From Candidatus Cloacimonadales bacterium (lineage in GTDB: Bacteria; Cloacimonadota; Cloacimonadia; Cloacimonadales; JAFGVF01), in the NCBI GenBank assembly GCA_963667035.1, contig OY762964.1:256001-320000 (forward strand): a stretch of 64,000 nt of DNA, written 5' to 3'. Numbering within the stretch: position 1 is the first letter of the stretch; the number at the start of each line of letters is the position of its first letter. The notes under the pieces were generated by a model. The model saw only the letters and a program-made list of their open reading frames with translations, did not search any database and was not told the origin of the DNA. Shown here piece after piece: positions 20,626 through 30,922 of this stretch. The position numbers were made by a program, and so were the translations under genes.

Positions 20626-20780
20626 TCTCTTTCTGCAAATGAATAACCAAAACGCAGTTTTCCCACTGGTTCTGCACTGTGAAGGCACTGCCCACGCACT
20701 GAAACACCGGGTTGGTACTGGAGTCACAGTGCGTGCACAGTGCAAAAACAGTGAGTTATTAGTTTGTGGAGTGAAAGAGA
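20626..20780. repeat. 11-bp-phased imperfect palindrome (element B)
   Basis: CACTG at 20664, 20675, 20686, 20697, then inverted CAGTG at 20727, 20738, 20749; outer inverted arms. Confidence 0.8.
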
Positions 20781-20841
20781 AGGAAAATAGCGTAAGTTGT
20801 TGCAAATTGCACTGCTTATGGATACACATTCACTTAAAAGC

Positions 20842-20873
20842 AAAAAAGGCTGTTGAATATCTCAACAACCTTT
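20842..20873 (-). terminator. Intrinsic terminator after the nif3-like gene
   Basis: AAAAAAGGCTGTTGA-ATATC-TCAACAACCTTT; one G-U/mismatch position. Confidence 0.75.
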
Positions 20874-20933
20874 AAAAATCTTTGTCGTGATTAACGATAG
20901 ATAATACAGAAACTAATCTTAATCAGTTACGAA

Positions 20934-22022
20934 CTATATACTCTCCAGAGTAGTATACTCATGCTCATCAAGAGTTAGGTATTCGAACTCTAGCTCATCA
21001 CAGGACAGATAGTTCTCAAGTTTCTTAAGTACAGGATACTCAGTAAATAGATGTCCCGCATCGATCAAAGGGAGTTTACTGTCCAGAATAGTATGGTAAG
21101 TGAGGTCGGCAGTTACAAGAATATCAGCTTTACCAATAGCTTTTCCAATAACAGATGCTCCGCTTCCACCACATACGGCGACAGTAGTAACATTGGATTC
21201 TTTGCTCTTATTTCCATACCAAAGTCTTACAAACGGTGCGTTCAATTGTTTTTTCACAAATGTTGCAAAACTTCTAAAATCAATTGGCTCAGCCAGTTTC
21301 CCAATTAATCCAAGGCTGTATGTGGGAATAGGATTCTCTACTTTAGTGATGGTATAAACCGGCTCCTCATAGGAGTGGTTAGCATGAATCACTCTCATCA
21401 TTGTTGCTTTTAGAAATGATTCAGCCATGAATTCAAGTTTCACTTCTTTTACCGTAGAAAGTTCATCATTAGTTCCCAAGGTTGGATTACTTCCATGTAG
21501 AGGTTTGAAGTTACTCTCAACTTGCCAGGAGCTTGAACAACTGTCATAGAATCCTATTTTGCCTCCACCGGAATCAGCAACAGCCTTCTTAACTCTATCT
21601 AGATCTTCTTCCGGTAGATATACTTCAAATTTAAGCCAATCGGTTCCCGATTCATGTGATAATGCTTGCCAATCCGATAATCCGAGAGTTTCAGCTAGTG
21701 CAGTATTTACACCTCCGTCTACAATATCCAAATTAGTGTGCATTGAGATAACTGCTATTCTTTTTTGGATAAGTTCAATATAGACCGGATTTGTTATGCA
21801 ATTTATTGCTCTGAAAATGAATGGATGGTGAGAGATAATCAAATCCGCCTTTATCTCAATAGCTTTCTTTATAGCTTTATCCGTAACGTCAAGGGTGAGC
21901 AGTATTTTCTTTACTTCCCAATCGGGACTTCCAAGCATCAAACCTACATTATCCCAATGATAAGCAATTGCCGTAGGAGCAAGTGTGTTTAATCTATTCA
22001 ATATATCTTTGATTGTTAGCAT
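20934..22022 (-). CDS. Nif3-like dinuclear metal-centre protein (YqfO/YbgI type with inserted PII-like domain)
   Basis: WDNVGL, SHHPFIF, HTNLD, HSYEEP, VAVCGGSG and IDAGH..TE motifs. Confidence 0.92.
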   Translation of the reverse strand: MLTIKDILNRLNTLAPTAIAYHWDNVGLMLGSPDWEVKKILLTLDVTDKAIKKAIEIKADLIISHHPFIFRAINCITNPVYIELIQKRIAVISMHTNLDIVDGGVNTALAETLGLSDWQALSHESGTDWLKFEVYLPEEDLDRVKKAVADSGGGKIGFYDSCSSSWQVESNFKPLHGSNPTLGTNDELSTVKEVKLEFMAESFLKATMMRVIHANHSYEEPVYTITKVENPIPTYSLGLIGKLAEPIDFRSFATFVKKQLNAPFVRLWYGNKSKESNVTTVAVCGGSGASVIGKAIGKADILVTADLTYHTILDSKLPLIDAGHLFTEYPVLKKLENYLSCDELEFEYLTLDEHEYTTLESI

Positions 22023-22047
22023 GAATACCTCTTAAAGTATAATCTGA

Positions 22048-22860
22048 TTAAAGTAGTCTTTCGACCATCTCCGTGAAACCGTTCTTATTGTTTGAAGCAA
22101 CGACTTCGTATTTCTTCTTCATATCGGCAGGAGCATTATTGACAACAAAGCTGTTATCGGTGATTTCCAACATATCAATGTCATTGTAATCATTCCCTAA
22201 TACTGCTATTTCGGTTCTGTTTATTTCAAGCCTGTCAGCAAGAAGAAGAGAAGTGTGACCTTTGGAAACATTCAGAGGGAATATCTCAATCCAAGTGGAT
22301 TTTTTATCAATAGGAGAGGTTGTCCTGATTATGGTTAGTTCCGGCATAAGCACTCTAAGCTTTTCAATAACGTTCTTGCCATCTTCCGGAACAATACCCA
22401 ACACTTGAGTTGCAGGTTTATAGCAATGGCTTTCCTTTATCAATTCTGTGCCGTAATTCTCATATAGTTTGATTCTTCTTTTGAAATCAGGATTCATGCA
22501 CCCGTGACTATAATAATAGAACTTATGGTTTTCCGGGATTGGTTCATGTACCATGAAGTCTATCTCATGTTCCATTAAGATTTCAGAGCACATTTGTACT
22601 TCTTCCTGAGTTAACTCGGCAGTCTCAAGCATAGTTTGTGTTTTCCAGTTCATTAAACCACCACCGGAAGAAAAAATAAGGAAATCAATAGGAAAATCGG
22701 GAGGAATAACTTCTTTGAAACTGAATAAAGATCGCCCTGTTGCGATAACCCTAAATATCTTTTTCTGCCCTACCTTCTCAAGTGTGTAATAATCAATCTC
22801 ACTCACTTTACCTCTATTAGATAAAAGTGTCCCGTCCAAATCCGTAATAACTAATCTCAT
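22048..22860 (-). CDS. Cof-type HAD-IIB hydrolase
   Basis: DLDGTLL, ATGRS, SKG and GNDYNDIDML motifs. Confidence 0.92.
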   Translation of the reverse strand: MRLVITDLDGTLLSNRGKVSEIDYYTLEKVGQKKIFRVIATGRSLFSFKEVIPPDFPIDFLIFSSGGGLMNWKTQTMLETAELTQEEVQMCSEILMEHEIDFMVHEPIPENHKFYYYSHGCMNPDFKRRIKLYENYGTELIKESHCYKPATQVLGIVPEDGKNVIEKLRVLMPELTIIRTTSPIDKKSTWIEIFPLNVSKGHTSLLLADRLEINRTEIAVLGNDYNDIDMLEITDNSFVVNNAPADMKKKYEVVASNNKNGFTEMVERLL

Positions 22861-22863
22861 AAT

Positions 22864-23733
22864 TTACTCCATCAATTGATAAGTACTTAAACTTAAAGGT
22901 GATCTAAGACTTCCAAGAGTTTTCTCTATGAAAACACCCTCTTGTACTGATTTCTGATAACCAAAAGTAGATCTAATGGATAAAGAAACAAACTGAACTG
23001 CTCTCTCCAAAGCAATAGGCAAACTGTCACCTTGCATCAAAGAACCGTTCAAGACACTAGTAAAAACGTCTCCGGTTCCGGGATACTCGGCAGGAAGATA
23101 TGTACAATCGACCTTCCAGAATCTATCCATATCTTTATTATAACCCACAACAGAGGTAATGGCACCATCTTTTTGAGGGATGCTTGTAATAACTGAATAG
23201 CTGGGTCCGAGTTTAGACAATTCAAAACACCAGTCTTTAATCATCTCATTGCTCATTTCAGAAGGAATCTGTCTGTCTAAAAGAAAAGCAGCTTCAGTGA
23301 TATTCGGTGTTATTAAATCAGCTATTTGGACTAATTCTTTCATCTTTACTATTATATTCTCGTCGAAGCACGAATAAAGTTCTCCATTATCAGCCATAAC
23401 GGGATCAATCGTAATTAATTGATTATCCTTCTTGAAGTCATGAATAAATGATTTCACTATATTGATTTGTTTGGGGGAGCCTAAGAACCCACTGTAGATA
23501 TTATCAAAAGTAAATTCCAACTTCTTCCAGTGAGCAATAAACTCGTGCATCTGAGGGGTGAGATCAAGAAAACTGAAACCACTTAATCCGGTGTGAGTAG
23601 ATAATATGGCTGTAGGTATTGAACTAACTTGTATTCCCATCGTTGTAAGAATAGGAATAACAACGCCTAATGAGACTCTTCCGAAGCCTGATAAATCATG
23701 AAATGCTGCACAGTGTTTAACCGGATTTAACAT
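22864..23733 (-). CDS. pdxK: Pyridoxal/pyridoxamine kinase
   Basis: HDLSGFGRVSL, LSTHTG, YSGFLGS, DPVMAD, TPNITEA and PGTGD motifs; ATG at 23733 after GGGAG. Confidence 0.88.
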   Translation of the reverse strand: MLNPVKHCAAFHDLSGFGRVSLGVVIPILTTMGIQVSSIPTAILSTHTGLSGFSFLDLTPQMHEFIAHWKKLEFTFDNIYSGFLGSPKQINIVKSFIHDFKKDNQLITIDPVMADNGELYSCFDENIIVKMKELVQIADLITPNITEAAFLLDRQIPSEMSNEMIKDWCFELSKLGPSYSVITSIPQKDGAITSVVGYNKDMDRFWKVDCTYLPAEYPGTGDVFTSVLNGSLMQGDSLPIALERAVQFVSLSIRSTFGYQKSVQEGVFIEKTLGSLRSPLSLSTYQLME

Positions 23734-23878
23734 ATCAACTCCCTGAATTATTATAGTAACTCCTATAAACCCTTCTACAAACATGGATAGGCGAAAAGAG
23801 ATTTATGACAAGCTTTTTATCCATAGATTTATCTAAGAACTTGGGAGCTATTCTGTTGTCTATTTGAATAGCAAAATT

Positions 23879-26800
23879 CTATTGAAGGATTAATAAATCA
23901 ATCTCTGCCGGAGCCATGAGCTTGATGAATTGATTATAGCTCCTAATAAATGAGTTTTGCCAATTTATATCTTGGAATTGCTTAAAGCTTCTGATAGGAA
24001 TGTGTAATCCTACTTTGATGTTCCTTGAAGTTTTTTTATAGTAGATGTTCGAAAGCTTGTTTTGTATCTTTAATTTGATATAGTTACCTAACAAGTCTCT
24101 AGAGAATGGATAATCAAGGTTGAGGGTGAATTCAATCTTTATACTATTATTGATTAATCCTATTTCAAGCAGTTGCTTTCTAGAGGGTTTAAGTCTTTCC
24201 GTGTTCAAGTAAAGTTTCGCTATTGTGGGATTATCAAGATATTGAAGTTTTAGAGCTTCATTAGATTTTGACTGTACGAAACGCTTAAAGCTATGGAACT
24301 CCTCAAAACCAACAGGTAGTTTCCTTTGATAATTGTTTAATACGTTTTCTATGATAGGGATATAGTCTTCATTAAGCACCATAGTGCGGTCGGAATAGCT
24401 ATATTCTAACGGTGATTCTATCAGGTAGCTGGTGAAGTATCTGTTGCTGACGCTTATAAACTTCTGAGGAGTACGAAAAATCCCATGCTCTTCAAGAACA
24501 GAATTGATATTATTGAATGTCATCTCGTCTTCCTTTCTATGCATTAAAAGCATAGTTTGAAGGAATACATCAAAGCTGGAGATACGAGACTCTTCTAAAA
24601 TCATTCGTAACAAGTTTCCGGTGAGCGGTTGGATGTTTAAACTACTGACGTGTAAGTTATAGGAAATTATCTCAGGAAGAACCTCTCGCAATTTAGCTGA
24701 GTAGATAGCCTTGTAGTGATACGGAGCTGTTTTACCGAGTGAGAATTTAATCCCTTTATTGTTTAGAACTTCTTCACTAACTCCTCTTAAATGAATTGTC
24801 AGACGTTTAGGAGAAACAGTTATCCTAATAGTTTTTTGAACAGCTTTGAATAATGGGAAAGCTTTGATTGTGTAGAAATCTATGTGCGTACGATTCTCAT
24901 CGGTAACATAACGTAAGAACCAACCACGAAAGAAGATTCTTTCACTTATTTCTTTGTATAACTTATCATAAGACATTACAAAATGTCTTAAACTATCTTT
25001 TTGGGCATCCGTAAATGTGGAAATATGATGTTTCAAACTCAAGCTCTTGATTTGTAACAAATCTAATACAAACTGTTGAAGAGTGACAATACTCTCTTCT
25101 ACTTCATTCTTGTTAAAGGCTTTTCTTGCTTGAATCAGTATATACTTCCCTTCATCTTTGTTACACTTGACGAATGGGAAGTCGGAGAATTTATCTTTAT
25201 AACTATAGAAGCCATAATCATCAATTGCAAGTAGGTCCTTAGTCATTTTACTGAATCCGGAAGTACTAACTAAAATACACAATTGCTTTTTATCATTCAA
25301 ACAGAAATAAGCTTTCTTAAAAGGATAATTAAAATTATAGGGTAGGTCTCCATGGATTCTGTATATAGCAAGATTACCTTCAATAGAAATATCCGTGTTG
25401 GCAGAAAACAATCCCATAACTTTATCTGTAGCCTGTTTGCATAAGAAGAGAGGAATAACGGATTTAAGCATCCATCTGATGGAACGTCCTAATAATCCTT
25501 TGAACTTATCTGCATTGATATTGGGAGCGAAAGCATCTATCTTAGAATAATCAAAAGCATTGAGGTGATGTTTTAATGCTATTCTTTCAATGGGATATTC
25601 AGATTCATGGAAGTCACCTCTTAGATAGATGTTAACTTCATTTTTCCAATATTGAATTATAGCAAAAGGACAACTCAAGTCAGAAATGGCAAACATATCA
25701 AAGCCTTCACGATACGCCTTTTCTATTAGAGAAATTCCCATTCTGTCAGCAGTTTCAAGTATTAGACTCTTGATTACTTCAACTTTGACCTCTCTTTCCA
25801 TTTCCTCGATATTGTGTCCCTTCAAAGCAGGAACATCTTTATACTTTAACTTAATTAACTGAAGTTGTAAATTCTCTTCTTCGGCAAGAACAAGATCACT
25901 CCAAGCAGTTTGTAACAGTTGTCTGAACTCATAGATCGGGTTGTTGCGAACGAGAACCTTGTAACCACCATGGAATGTGCTATATACCTTGCCTTTGTAG
26001 TCATAATAGACTAATTCCCTAAATCTCATGTATTGAATACCTGCACTCTTGAGAACAAGTTCGAAAGTTATTTCCTCATTACTTCTTGGATTGAGATTTC
26101 CATGCCAGGTTTCACTACCGTTCTTGAGTTCTACTCCTTCCGGTAAGAATACGGTAAAATCTACATCTTTAGCTACTCCTAAACCGGAATTTCTGAGACT
26201 GACAGTGAGATTTATTGTTTCACCTATTCTTGCTTCATCCTGTTTATGACCGGAGCTGTCTAGTCCGTAGTCTAAACTAACCGACATGTTAACAACAGGG
26301 ATAATGCTAAATACGTCAGAGGGGTCAATTACTGTGCAGAATAGAGCTTCGGAATACTCAGTATTAGTCTTTATACCATCTTCATCCGGCATAGGTTTTA
26401 CGTTATTGCCTCTAACGTCTGTATAGCAATAGCTTAACCTTAAAGGTGGAAACTCATATTGCCCGCTTCGCTTGGGACTTATCTCGACTCTTGTTTTCCA
26501 AGTTCCGTTAGGCTCTAAATCAATATCCTCAAAGGCGATTGTATGATAGTCATCACTTGTGTTTTTTAAGATAAGTGTACGACCTTTATGAAAGTCAAAG
26601 TAAACAGGTAACTTAAGTTCGAAGTTCACATCTTCTGCGACTGTATCTCCATTGTTCTTGATGCTAATATCCAGATAGGTTTTATCTTCTTTAGTAATGA
26701 AGTCATCTATCAGCTTATACTTTACATGAATTGACGGAGCTACTTCTTGTAGAAGAGAGTCATCTTCAATAAGTAATCTTAAGTTGAAGAAATCTCTGGA

Positions 26801-27628
26801 TATTACATCAAATCCGGAGTCAAAGTCGTTTACTTCATCTCTAGCTATAGTAATAATCTCTCTATTATTCATGTATTGAATGATACCTTTCTTCCTGTTC
26901 ACGGTTTTGTAATAAGTATAGCCGAAGCTCCTTAAATCGTTTCCGCTTTTCGGTAGATTGATAAACATTGGGTAGAGAGACAGAAATCTTCCTGTTTTAA
27001 TTTCCATTAAGTAGGGTTTGAACAGTTCTAGGGCATTATTGGAATGAGATATTGTGGCTATGGTTATTGAACCGTTAAGGTAAGTCTTTACCCTGTAACT
27101 AATCCCCCCGGTTGTTGATAGAGTCTCTATCGGAACTACAATCTTATATCTTCTAAGAAAGTCACAACGCTCCAGCATTGCAGTTATAATTTCTTGTCTT
27201 CTATTCAGTTCCTTATTCAGCTCCGATTCATCTAAGATAAGCCCGCTATGAGCATCTTGGTTTCTAGCTGAAATATAGGAACTGACAAAATTCTCCCAAT
27301 CTGAATCCATATCATGATAAAGATTATAAATTTCAGGGACAAAGCTATTCTCTCCCAGTATCTCACTAATTGTTCTAGCAATCATATTCCATCTGCCAAG
27401 TGATATCTGAGAAAGGTCAATGCCCTTTGGAACAGGTAGTTTTTCAGAAGATGAGTTTAGACTCTTCTTGTGGAGTAATGAGTAATTACTAATAGAGATA
27501 ATAGAGAGGAATCTCAGCAATGTTTCTACACATAGTCTTTGATAATCTCTTCTTTGGATAGAATTTTCAAGGCTTTGTTTATATGGTAGATAAACAATTG
27601 CAGGATAATCAGAGAAGTCGTTATACAT
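23879..27628 (-). CDS. 1249-aa hypothetical multidomain protein (HEPN-like N-terminus, two DUF11/BatD-like Ig folds, unknown basic C-terminus)
   Basis: Long intact ORF; SLGRW...RNQDAH; two ISIKNNGD/VSLRNSG...A.DV Ig-type repeats; no signal peptide. Confidence 0.6.
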   Translation of the reverse strand: MYNDFSDYPAIVYLPYKQSLENSIQRRDYQRLCVETLLRFLSIISISNYSLLHKKSLNSSSEKLPVPKGIDLSQISLGRWNMIARTISEILGENSFVPEIYNLYHDMDSDWENFVSSYISARNQDAHSGLILDESELNKELNRRQEIITAMLERCDFLRRYKIVVPIETLSTTGGISYRVKTYLNGSITIATISHSNNALELFKPYLMEIKTGRFLSLYPMFINLPKSGNDLRSFGYTYYKTVNRKKGIIQYMNNREIITIARDEVNDFDSGFDVISRDFFNLRLLIEDDSLLQEVAPSIHVKYKLIDDFITKEDKTYLDISIKNNGDTVAEDVNFELKLPVYFDFHKGRTLILKNTSDDYHTIAFEDIDLEPNGTWKTRVEISPKRSGQYEFPPLRLSYCYTDVRGNNVKPMPDEDGIKTNTEYSEALFCTVIDPSDVFSIIPVVNMSVSLDYGLDSSGHKQDEARIGETINLTVSLRNSGLGVAKDVDFTVFLPEGVELKNGSETWHGNLNPRSNEEITFELVLKSAGIQYMRFRELVYYDYKGKVYSTFHGGYKVLVRNNPIYEFRQLLQTAWSDLVLAEEENLQLQLIKLKYKDVPALKGHNIEEMEREVKVEVIKSLILETADRMGISLIEKAYREGFDMFAISDLSCPFAIIQYWKNEVNIYLRGDFHESEYPIERIALKHHLNAFDYSKIDAFAPNINADKFKGLLGRSIRWMLKSVIPLFLCKQATDKVMGLFSANTDISIEGNLAIYRIHGDLPYNFNYPFKKAYFCLNDKKQLCILVSTSGFSKMTKDLLAIDDYGFYSYKDKFSDFPFVKCNKDEGKYILIQARKAFNKNEVEESIVTLQQFVLDLLQIKSLSLKHHISTFTDAQKDSLRHFVMSYDKLYKEISERIFFRGWFLRYVTDENRTHIDFYTIKAFPLFKAVQKTIRITVSPKRLTIHLRGVSEEVLNNKGIKFSLGKTAPYHYKAIYSAKLREVLPEIISYNLHVSSLNIQPLTGNLLRMILEESRISSFDVFLQTMLLMHRKEDEMTFNNINSVLEEHGIFRTPQKFISVSNRYFTSYLIESPLEYSYSDRTMVLNEDYIPIIENVLNNYQRKLPVGFEEFHSFKRFVQSKSNEALKLQYLDNPTIAKLYLNTERLKPSRKQLLEIGLINNSIKIEFTLNLDYPFSRDLLGNYIKLKIQNKLSNIYYKKTSRNIKVGLHIPIRSFKQFQDINWQNSFIRSYNQFIKLMAPAEIDLLILQ

Positions 27629-27629
27629 T

Positions 27630-28256
27630 TTAATCTGTATTAAGTACTGAATTCTTATCTTTAAATATCAGTTCCGAAGCATAATCATTATCATCAGCAA
27701 GTGCATCACTTAAACTAACTTCTTTCTGAGGAGTCTCAGTTTCCTGACTTTCTTTAAGCTTCTTCATTAACTCTCTTTGAGTATCTTCCGGAGTTTCCTC
27801 GTTTTCAGTATCACTGTTAGCAGGGGGGGGGGCAGGCTTTTCAATGTTAACAAATCTCTTCTTAAATGGAGAACCAAGACTTCCTTTTTGATATAGTCTA
27901 GCAAGTGAGAAGGCAATAATTATAACTAGTATACTTATTCCGATTATGTATAGAAGATTAAAGGAGATAAGAATCTTGTTTTCTTTTATATTTTCTTGAG
28001 GTTTAAAATTATGATTATTTGAATGGGGATAAGTATTATCGAAAGTATAGAGAATCTCTTTCTCATTAGCTTTGAGAGCTTTTCCATAGTTGAAAACAAC
28101 AGCTCTGGCTATACCGTAATCATGAAGAATCTGAAATCTATTGGATTCAATGTCTTCAAGATAATCAGTTCTAATCCTTGTAATATTATTAACATCATCA
28201 ATTGAGAGTCCGTTAGCTTCTCTAAGCTGCTTCAGAAATGTTCCGATTTTCTCCAT
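27630..28256 (-). CDS. RodZ-like HTH membrane protein
   Basis: IGTFLKQLREANGLSIDDV...TRIRTDYLEDIE HTH, one TM helix, short acidic periplasmic tail. Confidence 0.8.
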   Translation of the reverse strand: MEKIGTFLKQLREANGLSIDDVNNITRIRTDYLEDIESNRFQILHDYGIARAVVFNYGKALKANEKEILYTFDNTYPHSNNHNFKPQENIKENKILISFNLLYIIGISILVIIIAFSLARLYQKGSLGSPFKKRFVNIEKPAPPPANSDTENEETPEDTQRELMKKLKESQETETPQKEVSLSDALADDNDYASELIFKDKNSVLNTD

Positions 28257-28260
28257 TTAA

Positions 28261-29052
28261 TCAACCGACCTTTTTGTAATAATATATCCCTTCGAATACA
28301 TAACAGACCCTTCCACAAAGATAATAATTGTCAATATCTTCTTTGTATTTAACGGTAACAGTACCACCCGGTAGTTCAACATAAACTTCATTATCAAGAA
28401 GACCTAACTTAATACCTATTGCGACTACGGCAGTTGCTCCGGTGCCACAAGCAAGGGTTGCTCCCGAGCCTCTTTCCCAAACTTTGACTGTTACTTGTGA
28501 CGGTGTAATGATATTCACAAACTCTATGTTCTGACTTTTAGAATAGATATTGGGTAAGTCCTCCATAGTTGGTGCTACAGTTTTGAAAGTCTCTTTATCA
28601 ATTCCTTGGAAGACTACAAAATGAGGATTACCAACATTTACTGAGTATCCTTCAAAGCCATTAAGGGATATAGGTCTTTCCATGCATGTTGCCGTACCCA
28701 TGTTGACTTCAACTTCATCATTGAGTATGATGTTGCCATGTCTCAGCCCTGCTTTTGTTTCAACAGTAATTGTTTTCAATTCATTCTGCTTGCATAAATA
28801 GTAGACTAAAGAGCGAAGAGCAGAGCCACACATTTCGGCTTCACTTCCGTCAGAGTTGAATATCCTCATTTTTGTATCGGCAATCTCAGACTTTTCATAA
28901 GTAACTAATCCGTCACTGCCTATACCGAAGTTTTTCTTAGAAATCTCTATGCTTAAATCATGCAATTCATTATCACTCAAGGAGAGTTCGGTTTGATTAA
29001 TGTAAACATAATCATTACCTTGAGCATGCATCTTAAAGAAAGGTATTTTCAT
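28261..29052 (-). CDS. dapF: Diaminopimelate epimerase
   Basis: KMHAQGNDY, GIGSDG, NSDGSEAEMCG, GNPH and WERGSGATLACGTGA motifs. Confidence 0.96.
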   Translation of the reverse strand: MKIPFFKMHAQGNDYVYINQTELSLSDNELHDLSIEISKKNFGIGSDGLVTYEKSEIADTKMRIFNSDGSEAEMCGSALRSLVYYLCKQNELKTITVETKAGLRHGNIILNDEVEVNMGTATCMERPISLNGFEGYSVNVGNPHFVVFQGIDKETFKTVAPTMEDLPNIYSKSQNIEFVNIITPSQVTVKVWERGSGATLACGTGATAVVAIGIKLGLLDNEVYVELPGGTVTVKYKEDIDNYYLCGRVCYVFEGIYYYKKVG

Positions 29053-29802
29053 CTACTCTCCAATAATCTCGGTAAACACTTCTTGGAAGTTGAACAATCC
29101 GGTTTTACCTTCTATCCATTTTGTGGCTAATAATGTCCCTGAAGCTAATCCCTTTCTATTTCTGATTGAATGACTAAGAGTTATTACGTCAGCCTCGGAA
29201 TCAAACATTATTGTATGCTCTCCCATATTATGACCGGCTCTTATACTGGCAAAATGGAGTTCTTCTTCTTTAATCTTTCTGTCTACTCTGTCGTATTGTT
29301 CAACCTTTTTATCCGAGATGTTTTCTAGGATTATTTCTGTAAGTTTTTTTGCTGTTCCCGACGGGCTATCGAGTTTCTGTCTATGATGTATCTCAAGACC
29401 CGATACATCGTAGCCTTTGACACTAGAGAACTTCTTAGCTGTATCCTCAATAATCTTAAAGAAGAGGTTCATACCAACGCTATAGTTGGAACTGTAGATA
29501 ATCCCGACATTGTATGATTCGGTTATATTCTTTAGCTCTTCCAGATGTAGCTCCAGACCTGTAGTACCAATAACAACAGATTTACCTAGCATTGCGACTT
29601 TCTTACAGTTGTATAGAACAGAAGCAGGGGTGGTATATTCAACACAGATGTCACAATCTTTTAATGAGTTCTCGTTAATCTCTTCAAAACAACCTTTAAC
29701 GAAAGGATCAATGATTGAAACAATTTCCATATCATATTCAGGAGCCATTTGTTTCAGCATCTTTCCCATCTTACCATATCCAATTAATGCAATCTTAATC
29801 AT
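29053..29802 (-). CDS. dapB: 4-hydroxy-tetrahydrodipicolinate reductase
   Basis: IGYGKMG, VIGTTG, SNYSVG and EIHHRQKLDSPSGTA motifs. Confidence 0.96.
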   Translation of the reverse strand: MIKIALIGYGKMGKMLKQMAPEYDMEIVSIIDPFVKGCFEEINENSLKDCDICVEYTTPASVLYNCKKVAMLGKSVVIGTTGLELHLEELKNITESYNVGIIYSSNYSVGMNLFFKIIEDTAKKFSSVKGYDVSGLEIHHRQKLDSPSGTAKKLTEIILENISDKKVEQYDRVDRKIKEEELHFASIRAGHNMGEHTIMFDSEADVITLSHSIRNRKGLASGTLLATKWIEGKTGLFNFQEVFTEIIGE

Positions 29803-30922
29803 ATACACCTCTACTGTTAACATACAGATTTATGAATTCTTCAATCCACACAGTTCCCATTTCCAAATCCCTTACTCTGATTTGCTCTTCACAAGTGTGA
29901 ACTTTATCCATTCCTGTTCCTATAACGGCAACTTTGATTCCATCTTTATTTAAAACGTTTGCATCACTTCCGCCTCCGGCTTTAGTGAATACAGGCTCAA
30001 CACCAATTTCTCTAAAAGCTTCTGCAGCTATTTGAAGATATGGTAACTCCGGATTGAGACTGAAAGAATGATACTCTCGTGAGGAATCAACTTTTAATCC
30101 GGAATCGGTACTGTTGTTCACTGCAGTTTGAGCATTAAGGAAGAGTTCTCTGGTATAACTTTCAAGCTTCTCTTCGGAATGAGATCTGACTTCACCAGTT
30201 ACAATAACACTATCAGGAACAATATTATTGGCTTGTCCTCCATAGATGACACCAAGATTTGCTGTAGTCTCTTCGTCAATACGACCTAGCTTCATGTCTT
30301 TAACTGCCTCGGCAGTTACTTTAATAGCATTTACACCCTTTTCCGGTTCAAAGCCTGCATGAGCTTTTCTGCCTGTAAATTCAATCTGTATTGTATTCTG
30401 GGCAGGAGCAGCTATCACAATATCGCCTATTTTCATTGAATCCAATGCAAATCCCTGCTTAGATTTCAGTACTGAGTTATCGAAATGCTTTGCACCTAAC
30501 AAGCCAATCTCTTCACATGAAGTGAACAGCATTTCGATAGGTGGAAGAGGGACGTTATTTTCCTTGAGCTTTTTCAGAGCAAAGAGTAACTGAGCAATAC
30601 CCGATTTGTCATCACTTCCAAGAATTGTGTTGCCTTTACTTCTGATGATACCGTCTTCGATTATTGGCTCTATATCAATTCCGGGTTTAACAGTATCAAG
30701 ATGACAGCAGAAAAGAATTGGTTCAAGTTCAATATCACCGGGGAAAGAGGCAAATATATTACCACTTCCGTCTTTTTCTCCAATACTGAAACCATCAATC
30801 TCTATCTTAGCTCCCAGTTCTAGTAACTCATCGGTTATAAAAGCAGCAAACTCCTTTTCATGTCCTGATTCACTATTTATTCTAACCATTTGGATGAAAT
30901 AATCTACAATGTTATCTTTCAT
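29795..30922 (-). CDS. M20 family peptidase (peptidase T-like)
   Basis: HLDTV, GSDDKSG, EEIGLLGA, AHAG..PEKGVNAI and GGGSDAN motifs. Confidence 0.9.
   Translation of the reverse strand: MKDNIVDYFIQMVRINSESGHEKEFAAFITDELLELGAKIEIDGFSIGEKDGSGNIFASFPGDIELEPILFCCHLDTVKPGIDIEPIIEDGIIRSKGNTILGSDDKSGIAQLLFALKKLKENNVPLPPIEMLFTSCEEIGLLGAKHFDNSVLKSKQGFALDSMKIGDIVIAAPAQNTIQIEFTGRKAHAGFEPEKGVNAIKVTAEAVKDMKLGRIDEETTANLGVIYGGQANNIVPDSVIVTGEVRSHSEEKLESYTRELFLNAQTAVNNSTDSGLKVDSSREYHSFSLNPELPYLQIAAEAFREIGVEPVFTKAGGGSDANVLNKDGIKVAVIGTGMDKVHTCEEQIRVRDLEMGTVWIEEFINLYVNSRGVYD

Noticed and set aside
20572..20875. Short ORFs 20572-20829(-) and 20639-20875(+)
   Set aside because: No RBS or recognisable domain; they overlap each other and the palindromic repeat
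20440..20930. RNase P RNA or tRNA downstream of the nif3-like gene
   Set aside because: No GAGGAAAGTCC or terminal rnpB consensus, and no cloverleaf or TTCGA loop
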